From Candidatus Cloacimonadota bacterium (GTDB taxonomy: Bacteria; Cloacimonadota; Cloacimonadia; JGIOTU-2): DNA of 64,000 bases. Made by a program: the position numbers and the translations under genes. The DNA is taken from assembly GCA_049903315.1 (NCBI GenBank), contig JBNGBT010000005.1, positions 1 through 64,000 on the forward strand. Direction: 5' to 3'. This document shows positions 18,198 through 28,411 of the stretch, piece after piece (the first letter of the stretch is position 1; each line of letters begins with the position of its first letter). The notes under the pieces were generated by a model that saw only the letters and a list, made by a program, of their open reading frames with translations, was not told the origin of the DNA and made no database searches.

Positions 18198-21100
18198 ACA
18201 CAATTGAAGAAAATCCTAATACATTAATAGAAAGCCTGAAAGAAAGACAAAAAGAGCTTAATTGTATTCATGGGCTGGAAAGCATTTTAGCCGATTTCGA
18301 TCAACCTCTGGAGAAAATATTTAGGGAGATCTTAGATATTCTTCCTCACGGCTGGCAATTTCCCGACCTCTGTTTTGCCGAAATAGAATATTATGATAAG
18401 GTGTATAAAAATTCAAAATCACTCAACACAGAATATGTACAGAAGTCTCCTTTACACAAAAACAATATTCGATTTGGAGAGATTCGGATCTACTATTCCG
18501 ATGTTCCGCCTGAGCTTCATCATGATCCTTTTCTCAAAGAAGAATACTCTCTTTTAAACACTGTTGCAAGCATCCTGGCTTCCTATCTCGCAGTGCGTTC
18601 ATACAGGGAAACCGCACCCATCTCAGCGCATCGTGGTGAATGGAAAGTTATCATCAATATGTTGCAAAAGACGGATATTAAGCTTTTTTTGCGCATAGCC
18701 AGAAAGCTGCTGAATCTCCTTTATCAAAAAGGAATCGGAGAAGTGAAATCGATCTATGCATCATTCGGAGCTACTACCCGTGGCTCTGAAATTGAGTTAA
18801 GCCAGGAAATCAATGTTCCACTGAAGAAAAAAGATTATAAAGATACAATCAAGTTAAGTGATCAGATATTCGAAATTGCCGAAAAACATTTTGCCGACGA
18901 AGAATTAATGGATTATATCCGCAAGTGGATGCAGGAAGATAAATTGAACTTTTTGGTCATCTCTCTGGAAAGTAAGGATACAAACCTCTCCGAACTCCAA
19001 GATGCCATTTTCCATTATAATAATCAGGATATTGATAAAGAAAGTCTCTCGCCGTTTGCTTACATGAATGTAAAAGTGCTACTCATTCAGAAGTTGTTCA
19101 CCAATCAGCTTGAATTCATTAATGTTGCGAAGAATTATATTGAAGTTGATGATTTTTATGAAGTATTGCAGCATACGATCTTTCCAAGCAATTCACATGG
19201 AAAACTGGGTGGAAAAAGTACTGGTCTTTTCTTTGCCAATAATATTGTGAAACGCGAAGCTGATGAAGATTTCGCGAAATACATTAAAACACCACAAACC
19301 TGGTATATTACTTCCGATGCGATGCTTCACTTCCTTCATTATAATAATTTGGAAGAAATCGTAGAACAGAAATACAAGGATATTGAGAGTGTTCGGGCTG
19401 AATATGGCAATATTATCCAGATGTTTAAAAATTCCCATTTCCCGCACGAGATTTCAAAAGGATTATCTCAATTCCTGGATGTTTTGGGTGACAAGCCGAT
19501 CATCGTGCGAAGTTCTTCTCTTCTTGAAGACAGCTATGGCGCTGCTTTTTCCGGTAAGTATAAAAGTCTTTTCCTGGCTAATCAGGGAAATAAGCAGGAG
19601 CGATTGAATGCTTTGGAGGACGCCATTGCAGAAGTATACGCTTCCATCGTAGGACCTGATCCGATTGAGTACCGTAAGGAACGCGGTCTTCTTGATTTTA
19701 AGGAAGAAATGGCAATTCTTATACAGGAAGTAGTTGGAACGAAATGCGGGAAATACTTTTTCCCTGCTTTTGCTGGAGTTGCTTTTTCTAATAACGAATT
19801 CCGTTGGTCTTCCCGAATAAAACGAGATGATGGACTTGTACGAATGGTTCCTGGATTGGGAACACGTGCTGTGGACAGATTGAGCAATGATTATCCTGTT
19901 CTAGCATCTCCCGGAAAACCGGGTATCAGGGTTAATGCAACGACCGAAGAAATATTAAAATGCAGTCCTAAGAATATCGATCTGATCAACCTGGAAACGA
20001 ATTCATTTGAATCATTGCCAATCCGAGAAGTTATAAGGGATTGCAAAGAACAATTTCCTCTTTACCGGCAACTGTTCTCAGTTTATGAAGATAACGAGCT
20101 CATCGAAAAATCCGGCTTCAATATCGATTTTGAAAACGATGACTTAATCGTCACATTCAATGGTTTGATCAACAATACTCCTTTCTTGAAAAGGATTAAT
20201 AAGATTCTTGAGATATTGAAAGAAAAGTTGGGTACTCCGGTAGATGTGGAATTCGCAGTGAAAGATGACGACTTTTATCTTCTACAATGCCGTCCTCAGA
20301 GTTTTTCTAAAACTGATAATCCGCAACCTATTCCTCAGGATATTCCCGACAACGATATCCTATTTTCCGCGCATAAATATATTTCGAATGGGTTTGTCCC
20401 GGAGATTTCTTACATGGTTTATGTGGATCCTGAAAAATACAGCGATCTCCATACTATTGATGAGCTGCACAAAGTAGGGCGTTGTATCGGAAGGTTGAAT
20501 CTGTTACTTCCAAAAAAGAAATTTATCCTGCTAGGACCCGGACGATGGGGGAGTAAGGGAGATATAAAATTGGGCGTGAACGTCACCTATTCAGACATTA
20601 ATAAAACAGCTGTTCTCATCGAAATAGCGAAAGAAAAGGGGAATTATGTTCCCGATCTATCCTTTGGCACACATTTCTTCCAGGATTTAGTAGAAGCACA
20701 AATTCGTTATATTCCACTCTATCCTGATGAAGAGGGTAATATATTCAATAAAAATTTTTTCAGGTTTTCAAAAAATATCCTACCCGATCTTGTGCCTGAC
20801 TTTATGGATTTGCAGGATTGTGTTAAGGTTATTGATATTTCTGCAGAAACTGATGGTAAAATTCTGAAGATATTCATGAATGCTGATCTGGATGAAGCAA
20901 TCGGGTACGTAGGAATGCCAGGTATAAGCCGGGACTACGTCTCTTATCAGCCCGAGAGTTATGATAAAAGTGCTGATAATTATTGGTTCTGGCGTATGCA
21001 AGTATGCGAGTTCCTGGCGCAAAATATTGAAGCAGAGAAGCTTGGCGTAGAAGCCCTTTATGTTTTCGGAAGCGTGAAAAACGCTAATGCAGGTCCAGCG

Positions 21101-21343
21101 AGTGATATCGACCTGCTGATTCACTTCAGGGGAAATGAGATGCAGAGAAAAGAACTTATTGCATGGTTGGATGGCTGGAGTTTGTCATTGGATTATTCAA
21201 ACTATCTTAAAACAGGTTATAAAACCGGGGGACTTTTAGATGTACATATCATCACTGATGAGGATATCGAGAATAAAACCAGTTTTGCTCTCAAGATCAA
21301 TGCTGTGACCGATGCAGCAAGAAAACTGGATATGAGGAAATGA
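18194..21343 (+). CDS. GAF-like + PPDK N-terminal ATP-grasp + C-terminal Pol-beta nucleotidyltransferase fusion protein
   Basis: N-terminal ERQKELNC...LPHGWQFP...FLKEE. Core GGKSTGL, IVRSSSLLED...FSGKY, MAILIQEVVG, DVEFA...LQCRP. C-terminal LYVFGSVKNANAGPASDIDLLI. Confidence 0.85.
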   Translation: MNTIEENPNTLIESLKERQKELNCIHGLESILADFDQPLEKIFREILDILPHGWQFPDLCFAEIEYYDKVYKNSKSLNTEYVQKSPLHKNNIRFGEIRIYYSDVPPELHHDPFLKEEYSLLNTVASILASYLAVRSYRETAPISAHRGEWKVIINMLQKTDIKLFLRIARKLLNLLYQKGIGEVKSIYASFGATTRGSEIELSQEINVPLKKKDYKDTIKLSDQIFEIAEKHFADEELMDYIRKWMQEDKLNFLVISLESKDTNLSELQDAIFHYNNQDIDKESLSPFAYMNVKVLLIQKLFTNQLEFINVAKNYIEVDDFYEVLQHTIFPSNSHGKLGGKSTGLFFANNIVKREADEDFAKYIKTPQTWYITSDAMLHFLHYNNLEEIVEQKYKDIESVRAEYGNIIQMFKNSHFPHEISKGLSQFLDVLGDKPIIVRSSSLLEDSYGAAFSGKYKSLFLANQGNKQERLNALEDAIAEVYASIVGPDPIEYRKERGLLDFKEEMAILIQEVVGTKCGKYFFPAFAGVAFSNNEFRWSSRIKRDDGLVRMVPGLGTRAVDRLSNDYPVLASPGKPGIRVNATTEEILKCSPKNIDLINLETNSFESLPIREVIRDCKEQFPLYRQLFSVYEDNELIEKSGFNIDFENDDLIVTFNGLINNTPFLKRINKILEILKEKLGTPVDVEFAVKDDDFYLLQCRPQSFSKTDNPQPIPQDIPDNDILFSAHKYISNGFVPEISYMVYVDPEKYSDLHTIDELHKVGRCIGRLNLLLPKKKFILLGPGRWGSKGDIKLGVNVTYSDINKTAVLIEIAKEKGNYVPDLSFGTHFFQDLVEAQIRYIPLYPDEEGNIFNKNFFRFSKNILPDLVPDFMDLQDCVKVIDISAETDGKILKIFMNADLDEAIGYVGMPGISRDYVSYQPESYDKSADNYWFWRMQVCEFLAQNIEAEKLGVEALYVFGSVKNANAGPASDIDLLIHFRGNEMQRKELIAWLDGWSLSLDYSNYLKTGYKTGGLLDVHIITDEDIENKTSFALKINAVTDAARKLDMRK

Positions 21344-22203
21344 CCGCTGCACTATTCACCAGTGATTTGCATGGTTCCAAAAAGAAGTATGATTTTCTCT
21401 TTGATAAAATTCTCGCAATAAGACCAGCCGCTGTTTTTCTAGGGGGAGATTTGATGGGATTTAGCGCGAAAGGGCGAAACGAAGCACTTCCCACAGGTGA
21501 GGATTTTTTATATGATTACCTTGCAATGAATCTCAAAAAAATCAGTGATGAACTGAAAGATAAATATCCTGCTATTTTTGTGATCCTGGGAAATGATGAT
21601 CCTAAAATTCATAAAGCCGCATTACTTGATATTTCTACAACTGGTCTCATCAGTTATGTAAATGAAAGAACAGTGAAATTCCATGAATATACAGTGATTG
21701 GCTATTCGTATGTACCGCCCACCCCGTTTTTAAATAAGGATTGGGAAAAATATGATGTATCCCGCTTTGTGGATGTTGGTTGTGTGTCTCCGGAAGAAGG
21801 CTATCGCAGTATTCCGGTTTCAGAACATGAGCTGCGATTTTTCACAATAAAACGTGATCTGAACAGACTTTTTACTAATGCTGATCTTTCAAAAACCATT
21901 TGTTTGTTTCATTCACCTCCTTACAATACAAAGCTTGATCGTGCTGCACTTGACGGTGTGAGTGTTGATCACGCACCAGTGGATGTTCATGTGGGAAGTA
22001 TTGCTATCAAAGAATTCATTCTTACGAGATCTCCCTACATCACTTTACATGGTCATATTCATGAATCTTCGAGAATTACTGGCAGTTGGATGGAAAAAAT
22101 CGGAGATACAATCTGCTTTCAGGGAGCAACAGAGCGAGATAAAAACGGCATCATCCTGTTTGACTTAGATGATCCGAAAAATGCTGAGATGCTGAGAGTT
22201 TAA
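21340..22203 (+). CDS. Calcineurin-like metallophosphoesterase
   Basis: SDLHG, GGDL, GNDD, HSPP, HGHIHE; ATGA overlap with the upstream gene. Confidence 0.9.
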   Translation: MTAALFTSDLHGSKKKYDFLFDKILAIRPAAVFLGGDLMGFSAKGRNEALPTGEDFLYDYLAMNLKKISDELKDKYPAIFVILGNDDPKIHKAALLDISTTGLISYVNERTVKFHEYTVIGYSYVPPTPFLNKDWEKYDVSRFVDVGCVSPEEGYRSIPVSEHELRFFTIKRDLNRLFTNADLSKTICLFHSPPYNTKLDRAALDGVSVDHAPVDVHVGSIAIKEFILTRSPYITLHGHIHESSRITGSWMEKIGDTICFQGATERDKNGIILFDLDDPKNAEMLRV

Positions 22204-22231
22204 GCAAATTTATACAGATAGTGGTTGCTGG

Positions 22232-22963
22232 TTAATAAAAATCCCTATTCCTCTCCAACTCAAAAAATATCGTATTTGCAGCAATGGTGATCGCTGCGGT
22301 CTCTGCACGTAAGATATGATTTCCTAAAGATACAATTTGAGCTGAATGCTCTTTTGCAAAATTCACTTCTTTCTCCTCAAAACCGCCTTCCGGACCAACG
22401 ATCAGACAGATATCCTTCTTTGCATTAAGAAGCACCTCCTGAAGATTTTGCTCATTTTCTTCTTCCCATGCGAGAACCGGCATGTATTCGCGAGATAATT
22501 TCTTTAGTAATTCATTGAAATTAAGAGGGTTATGAATTTCTGGGAGATGTGTGGAATCGCACTGCTTGATCGCAGCCACTGCAATTTTCTGGAGTCTTTC
22601 GAACTGGTTGGCAGATAGGGATGTTTTTACATTTCTATGTGCAAAGAAAGGAAAAAATTCATACACACCAAGCTCAGTGCATTTTTCAATGATAAATTCA
22701 TTATGTTGCTTTAAAAGAGAGAATGCCAGTGCAATGTGCGGACGTGATTTCTCTTTTTTTGTAATCTGCTCTACCTGCAGGATCATTTCGTGAGATGAAA
22801 AATTTTTTATCCTGCATTCTGTAAGCAATCCCTTGCCATTTGTTGTGTGAAGGGAATCTCCGACTTTCTTTCGTAATGTATTCTTTACATGCTTAAATTC
22901 TGTGTCTGACAGAATAATCTCCTTTGAAGTATCTGTAAGATCAGGTGTGTAGAAAATTGGCAT
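22232..22963 (-). CDS. rsmE: 16S rRNA m3U1498 methyltransferase
   Basis: H...LR, EKCTELGV, AAIKQC, VGPEGGF, LGNHILRAETA; follows dnaJ. Confidence 0.95.
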   Translation of the reverse strand: MPIFYTPDLTDTSKEIILSDTEFKHVKNTLRKKVGDSLHTTNGKGLLTECRIKNFSSHEMILQVEQITKKEKSRPHIALAFSLLKQHNEFIIEKCTELGVYEFFPFFAHRNVKTSLSANQFERLQKIAVAAIKQCDSTHLPEIHNPLNFNELLKKLSREYMPVLAWEEENEQNLQEVLLNAKKDICLIVGPEGGFEEKEVNFAKEHSAQIVSLGNHILRAETAAITIAANTIFFELERNRDFY

Positions 22964-22978
22964 ATAGGTTAAATAAAA

Positions 22979-24142
22979 TTATACAAAATAGTCTTTGATC
23001 TTATCAAAAAATGATTTTCCGGGCTTCAAATCTCTCTTTTGATCAAAAGGTGCGATCTTACTGTATAATTCCTTTTCCTCGCTGGATATTTTGTTGGGAA
23101 TTACCACAATTATTTTCACATACAGATCACCTTTTCGAGTACTGTTCAGGTGGGGTAAGCCCTGTCCGCGCAATCTGAAAACTTTGCCTGATTGTGTACC
23201 TGATGGTATCTTCATTTTAGCGTGACCTTTAAGTGTGGGGACTTCAAGAGTATTGCCAAGGACTGCATCCGATACAGTGATTGGAAATGTGCAAATGAGA
23301 TCCTGTCCGTCCCTGTCAAAAAGGTCGTTTTTCTTTTCTTTGATATAAACCAGTATATCACCGGCAGGACCGCCCTGTTTGCCTGCGTGTCCCTGTCCTC
23401 GGAGTTTCAGATATTGTCCGTCTGAGACACCTGCAGGAATATCGACTTTGATAGTTTTTACAGAGGAAATTCTGCCATCGCCATTACATTTTGTGCACTT
23501 ATTCTGGATACTTTGACCAGTTCCATTACATGCAGGACAGGTCGTGATCGTTGACATCTGCCCGAAGAATGATTGACGTACTTGTTTGACTCTTCCAGAG
23601 CCGCCGCACTGCTGGCAGGTCGCAACTTTTCCATCAGCTGATCCGGTTCCATGACATGCATCACATGTTTGCTTGATGTTGACTTTGAGCCTCTTGGTTA
23701 CGCCCTTTGCTATTTCTTCTAAAGTGAGAGAAAGGGATATCTTGAGATCACCGCCGCGATTAACTGTGTGCTGCCGAGGTTGACCCCCAAAACCAAATCC
23801 TCCTCCACCTCCACCAAAGAAGGTTTCAAAAATACTGCCGACATCTCCAAAGATGTCTGAAAAGTCATTCGCATGAGTGAAATTATCCCATGTAAAGCCG
23901 CCGCTGCCAAATGAGCCTTCAACTCCTGCATGACCGAACTGATCGTACTTTTTGCGCTTATCTTCATCACTCAAAACTTCGTAGGCTTCAGATGCTTCTT
24001 TAAATTTTTCTTCAGCTTCCTTATCATCTTTATTCTTATCAGGATGATATTTCAATGCCAGCTTTCTATACGCACTTTTAATATCGCTTTGTGAAGCGCT
24101 TTTTTCAACACCGAGTACTTCGTAGTAATCTCTCTTTGCCAT
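22979..24142 (-). CDS. dnaJ: Chaperone DnaJ
   Basis: [16 protein letters not shown] region, four CxxCxGxG repeats. Confidence 0.98.
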   Translation of the reverse strand: MAKRDYYEVLGVEKSASQSDIKSAYRKLALKYHPDKNKDDKEAEEKFKEASEAYEVLSDEDKRKKYDQFGHAGVEGSFGSGGFTWDNFTHANDFSDIFGDVGSIFETFFGGGGGGFGFGGQPRQHTVNRGGDLKISLSLTLEEIAKGVTKRLKVNIKQTCDACHGTGSADGKVATCQQCGGSGRVKQVRQSFFGQMSTITTCPACNGTGQSIQNKCTKCNGDGRISSVKTIKVDIPAGVSDGQYLKLRGQGHAGKQGGPAGDILVYIKEKKNDLFDRDGQDLICTFPITVSDAVLGNTLEVPTLKGHAKMKIPSGTQSGKVFRLRGQGLPHLNSTRKGDLYVKIIVVIPNKISSEEKELYSKIAPFDQKRDLKPGKSFFDKIKDYFV

Positions 24143-24170
24143 ATTCTGTTGCAACCTTCTTTATTGATAC

Positions 24171-24202
24171 GCACGGGAACCGCGAGAGTGCAATCCCCGT
24201 GC
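24171..24202. other. Intergenic stem-loop between dnaK and dnaJ
   Basis: GCACGGG...CCCGTGC inverted repeat. Confidence 0.55.
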
Positions 24203-24218
24203 ATAATGTTATTTGGAT

Positions 24219-26174
24219 TTATTTATTTTCTTCGTCATCAACAACTTCGAAATCAGCATCTACTGCGTCATCATCAGGTTGTTCCTGTTGTGTTTGCTGC
24301 TCTTGCTGTCCGGCTTGTTCCTGTCCGGCTGCCTGTTCTTGCTGCTGTTCCTTTTGCTGATTCATAGTTTCCTGATATACTATCTCGCCGAGTTTCTGAG
24401 CTTTTTGCTCGAAATCCGCTTTTGCCTGTTTTAGCACCTCGACATCTTGCGAATCGAGTTTTTCTTTTGCTACTTTGATCGCTTCTTCAATCTCTGCTTT
24501 GTCATTATCTTTCAGTTTTTCACCGTATTCTTTAAGAGATTTTTCTGTGCTGAATATCATTGTATCAAGGTGGTTTCGAAGTTCTACTAGCTCTTTGAAT
24601 TTCTGATCTTCCTGTGCATGTTCTTCAGCTTCTTTGACCATTTTTTCGATCTCATCTTCTGAGAGTGCGCCGGCTTTATCAATCTTTATCTGTTGCTTTT
24701 TGCCGGTTCCTTTATCCACTGCAGAAACATGAAGTATACCGTTTGCATCAATGTCAAACGTCACTTCGATCTGAGGAAGTCCACGTGGTGCAGGAGGTAT
24801 GCCGACAAGGTCAAACCTGCCGAGTGTCCTGTTTTGAGCAGCCATGTCACGTTCACCTTGCAGCACATTAATGGAAACCGCAGTTTGATTATCCGCCGCA
24901 GTTGAGAATATCTGGCTTTTCTTCACAGGTATTGTTGTATTTCTTTCGATGAGTTTGGTCATCACGCCGCCAAGTGTCTCGATACCGAGAGAAAGGGGAG
25001 TGACGTCAAGAAGGAGAATATCTTTCAAATCTTCATCACCGGAAAGAATTCCACCCTGTATTGATGCGCCGATAGCGACGACTTCATCAGGATTCACGCT
25101 TCTGTTTGGCTCTTTTTTAAAGTAATTCTTCACCGCTTCCTGAACAGCAGGAACTCGTGTCGAGCCACCAACAAGAATAACCTCGTCAATTTCTGATATA
25201 TCTATTTTAGCATCTTTTACTGCAGATTTACAGGGTGTGATGCTTCTTTCAATAAGATCATCAATCATCCTGTTGAATTCAGATCGGGAGAGATTCAAAG
25301 AAAGGTGTTTCGGACCGCTGTTATCAGCAGTGATATAAGGCAGATTGATGTTTGTGGACTGAGTTCCGCTTAGTTCAATCTTTGCTTTTTCAGCAGCTTC
25401 ACGAATTCTCTGCATTGCCATAGGATCTTTTGAAATATCGATGCCGTCGCTCTTTTTGAATTCACTCACGACCCAATCAATGATCTTTTTATCAAAATCA
25501 TCACCACCGAGGTGTGTGTCTCCATTAGTCGAAAGCACTTCAACCACTCCTTCACCTATCTCAAGGATAGAGATATCAAAGGTGCCGCCACCGAAGTCAT
25601 ACACTGCGATTTTTTCATCTTTTTTCTTCTCGAGTCCATAAGCAAGTGCTGCTGCAGTTGGCTCATTTATGATACGAGCTACTTCCAGCCCTGCAATTTT
25701 GCCGGCATCTTTTGTTGCCTGTCTTTGAGCATCATTGAAGTATGCTGGCACTGTGATGACAGCTTTTTCTACCTTAGTTCCAAGATATTCTTCTGCAGTT
25801 TCCTTCATTTTTTTGAGAATGAATGCGGATATTTCCTGCGGGCTGTAGTCCTTTTTCTGATTGGGGATCTCGATCTCAACTTCACCTTTACTGTTGCCTT
25901 TGATCTTGAAACTTACTTCAGATTCTTCATTTTTTACTTCGTTCACTTTTCGTCCCATGAAACGTTTTACCGAGTAAACCGTATTCTGGGGATTCGTTAC
26001 TAATTGATGTTTTGCTAACTGACCAACCAGTATTTCGCCATCTTTTGTGAAACCAACCACGGACGGGGTTGTCCTTCCACCTTCAGAGTTTGGAATAACA
26101 GTGGGTTTTCCACCTTCCATGACAGCGACACAACTATTGGTTGTTCCTAAGTCTATTCCTATTATTTTACTCAT
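24219..26174 (-). CDS. dnaK: Chaperone DnaK
   Basis: [44 protein letters not shown]-rich C-terminal tail. Confidence 0.99.
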   Translation of the reverse strand: MSKIIGIDLGTTNSCVAVMEGGKPTVIPNSEGGRTTPSVVGFTKDGEILVGQLAKHQLVTNPQNTVYSVKRFMGRKVNEVKNEESEVSFKIKGNSKGEVEIEIPNQKKDYSPQEISAFILKKMKETAEEYLGTKVEKAVITVPAYFNDAQRQATKDAGKIAGLEVARIINEPTAAALAYGLEKKKDEKIAVYDFGGGTFDISILEIGEGVVEVLSTNGDTHLGGDDFDKKIIDWVVSEFKKSDGIDISKDPMAMQRIREAAEKAKIELSGTQSTNINLPYITADNSGPKHLSLNLSRSEFNRMIDDLIERSITPCKSAVKDAKIDISEIDEVILVGGSTRVPAVQEAVKNYFKKEPNRSVNPDEVVAIGASIQGGILSGDEDLKDILLLDVTPLSLGIETLGGVMTKLIERNTTIPVKKSQIFSTAADNQTAVSINVLQGERDMAAQNRTLGRFDLVGIPPAPRGLPQIEVTFDIDANGILHVSAVDKGTGKKQQIKIDKAGALSEDEIEKMVKEAEEHAQEDQKFKELVELRNHLDTMIFSTEKSLKEYGEKLKDNDKAEIEEAIKVAKEKLDSQDVEVLKQAKADFEQKAQKLGEIVYQETMNQQKEQQQEQAAGQEQAGQQEQQTQQEQPDDDAVDADFEVVDDEENK

Positions 26175-26203
26175 TGTTATACTCCTTGTTTTTTATTAAA
26201 ACA

Positions 26204-26830
26204 TTATTTTTCATTTTTTTTATTTTTCTTATGAGAATTAATCTCGATTTTCTCATCTTCATCTTCGAAAGTTTCCTGATCTTCATCGATATATTCTTCT
26301 GGAGCCTTTGCCACTGCAACACGTGCAGGACGAAGTACTTTATCATTAAGGATATAACCGCTTTGAATACAATCGAAGATAATATTATCGTCAAAACCTT
26401 CTTTCGGAGTGCAAATGATTGCCTGGTGATATTGAGGATCGAATTCTTCGCCCACAGCGTGTATGCGCCTTAGTCCGTATTTTTTCAGTATGTCTTTGAG
26501 CTGATCGTGAACCATGACAATACCTTTGCGGAAGTTTTCCGGAACCTGGTCTGTATCAGCAGATTTCATTGCCATTTCGAGATGTTCGTACACATTGATG
26601 AGCTCCAGGATAAGATCTTTATTGGCATTTTTTATCCAATCGATCCTGTCTTTTTCATTTCGTCTGCGGAAGTTCTCGAATTCTGCTGCTGCCCTTAACC
26701 ATCGGTCTTTATATGAGGTTGCTTCTTCTTTCAAAGTTTCAATTTCTTCTTCTAAAGTATTGATAAAATCCTGTTCCTGTTCTTGTTTCATATCCTGTTC
26801 CATATCTTTATCCTGTTTCTTTTTAGGCAT
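26204..26830 (-). CDS. grpE: Nucleotide exchange factor GrpE
   Basis: LRAAAEFENFRRR, GEEFDPQYHQA, GY...VLRPARVAV; between hrcA and dnaK. Confidence 0.96.
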   Translation of the reverse strand: MPKKKQDKDMEQDMKQEQEQDFINTLEEEIETLKEEATSYKDRWLRAAAEFENFRRRNEKDRIDWIKNANKDLILELINVYEHLEMAMKSADTDQVPENFRKGIVMVHDQLKDILKKYGLRRIHAVGEEFDPQYHQAIICTPKEGFDDNIIFDCIQSGYILNDKVLRPARVAVAKAPEEYIDEDQETFEDEDEKIEINSHKKNKKNEK

Positions 26831-26929
26831 TTATTTCTCCTGATTTATAAATTTATTTTTTCTCGATTCTCGAGTTTTTCGCCTGCAACGGCGTAGCGAA
26901 GCGAAGACGTGTGTTTCACCATTTTTTTC

Positions 26930-28003
26930 TCATACCGCACGGAAGGGCATGACCGTTCCCTTTGTCGTCATTTCTGTGATCATGCGTGAGGCAAAGCAGA
27001 TCATTGGAATGTTTTCACGATAATCCATACGTTTCGTTCCGAGAATTCCTATAAAACCCGGTAGGTCCATCACACGGTATCTTCCAAAAATGAGTACGAG
27101 ATCTTTATATTCATTACCTTTGATCTCATCACCCATAAGGATCGTGTAATCTTCTGTAGCATACTGCTGAAATATTGTAAGGAAATCCTTCTTGTTATCT
27201 ATGATCTTGAGCAGTTGCACGATCTTTTCCTGTGAATTGAATTCCGGCTGATTTATAAAACCGACCTCTCCTTCAAAGCGAATATTATATTGCTTCACTT
27301 GCTGGATTATTTTTCTTATTTCTGACAAGATATCCTTCAGAAAAGCTTCTTTCTGAGTATCCAAAATGAGGTCATCAAAAGCAATTTTCTCGATCTTGTG
27401 AATGGGTTTACCTGAAATTCTTGTATTGATATAGCGATTCAGTGCATTTATTTGAGCGTCGGAGAGTGAATAGGTGTTATGAAGAGTGAAGGTTCTTTCA
27501 ATACCGCCTTCCAGGTTCACGACAATGAGGAGCTTATTGCCCTCGATCTTGAATATTTGAAGAGAGTGCAGTATTCCAAGTGAATAATCGGGCTCTGCAA
27601 TGATGCTGAGTTGACCGGATATCTGCGCAAGGAATCTATGCACAGCACTGAGCATTCGATCGAGACTCTGATAATTTTCAGATAGAAGTTGCTGCATCAG
27701 TTTTATTTTTTGATCAGGAATACTCTTATCAAAATCAATAATATCATTTATATAGAATTTATATCCTTTTTCAGTAGGCATCCTGCCAGCTGATGTATGG
27801 AGTTGCTCTATATATCCTTTTTCTGCAAGTACAGCCATTTCGTTACGTATCGTTGCAGAACTCAGATCGAAATCATAGTCGTTTGCAAGAACTTTTGAGC
27901 CGACTGCTTGTGCATTTTTCAGGTATTCAAGAATAATAGCCCGAAGCAGTTTTTTCTGTCGTTCCGATAAAGAAATTTCAACTTGATCTATATTATTTTG
28001 CAT
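26930..28003 (-). CDS. hrcA: Heat-inducible transcription repressor HrcA
   Basis: LSERQ, VGSK, SSATIRNEM, HTSAGRMPT.KGY, GILG.KRMDY. Confidence 0.96.
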   Translation of the reverse strand: MQNNIDQVEISLSERQKKLLRAIILEYLKNAQAVGSKVLANDYDFDLSSATIRNEMAVLAEKGYIEQLHTSAGRMPTEKGYKFYINDIIDFDKSIPDQKIKLMQQLLSENYQSLDRMLSAVHRFLAQISGQLSIIAEPDYSLGILHSLQIFKIEGNKLLIVVNLEGGIERTFTLHNTYSLSDAQINALNRYINTRISGKPIHKIEKIAFDDLILDTQKEAFLKDILSEIRKIIQQVKQYNIRFEGEVGFINQPEFNSQEKIVQLLKIIDNKKDFLTIFQQYATEDYTILMGDEIKGNEYKDLVLIFGRYRVMDLPGFIGILGTKRMDYRENIPMICFASRMITEMTTKGTVMPFRAV

Positions 28004-28019
28004 GATTATTTATCCGATT

Positions 28020-28046
28020 TTAGCACTTCTTTTCCAAGAGTGCTAA
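28020..28046 (-). promoter_or_regulatory. CIRCE operator
   Basis: Minus strand TTAGCACTC-N9-AAGTGCTAA (one mismatch to consensus), 16 nt upstream of hrcA; TTGACA -35 box at 28079-28084. Confidence 0.93.
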
Positions 28047-28138
28047 TTTTATCTAAAATGTAGGTCGATCACGCATTATGTCAAAATATTAATTGGTAAT
28101 TTTCTATGTATAAATAAACTTAACCACAAAACACTTAA

Positions 28139-28322
28139 AACCACGAAATTCACGAAAAAGACGAAAGCGGAACTTAAAAAAAATTCAAAAAATATCCTCA
28201 AATGATGAAGCAGGAATTCTTCTTAGTTACAAAGTATTTTATTGAATCATGTTAATCAGCGTTTTCACTGTCACGAGGGAATGAAATTAAGCTGTATTTT
28301 TATTTTCGAGTTTTTCGTGGTT
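28139..28322. mobile_element. Second MITE-like element with ACCACGAAA-type terminal inverted repeats
   Basis: Left arm AACCACGAAATTCACGAAAAAGACGAAA; right arm TTTTCGAGTTTTTCGTGGTT. Confidence 0.5.
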
Positions 28323-28411
28323 TATTATATTTCTCCTAACAGTATTTTAAGCGTAGAAAAAAATCTAAAAAATTGACATAGTTTGTGAGCGTTTTCGAAC
28401 ATTCACCCTGT

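Noticed and set aside
16452..21343. Annotating the two PPDK-like genes as ppsA/ppdK, or as one frameshifted gene
   Set aside because: Each has its own complete ATP-grasp motif set, and neither has the GGxTSH swivel motif or a pyruvate-binding barrel.
24275..24365. Gln-rich repeats at the DnaK C-terminus and Cys-rich antisense ORFs over them
   Set aside because: This is an ordinary low-complexity DnaK tail; the antisense poly-Cys is a by-product of CAG/CAA codons.
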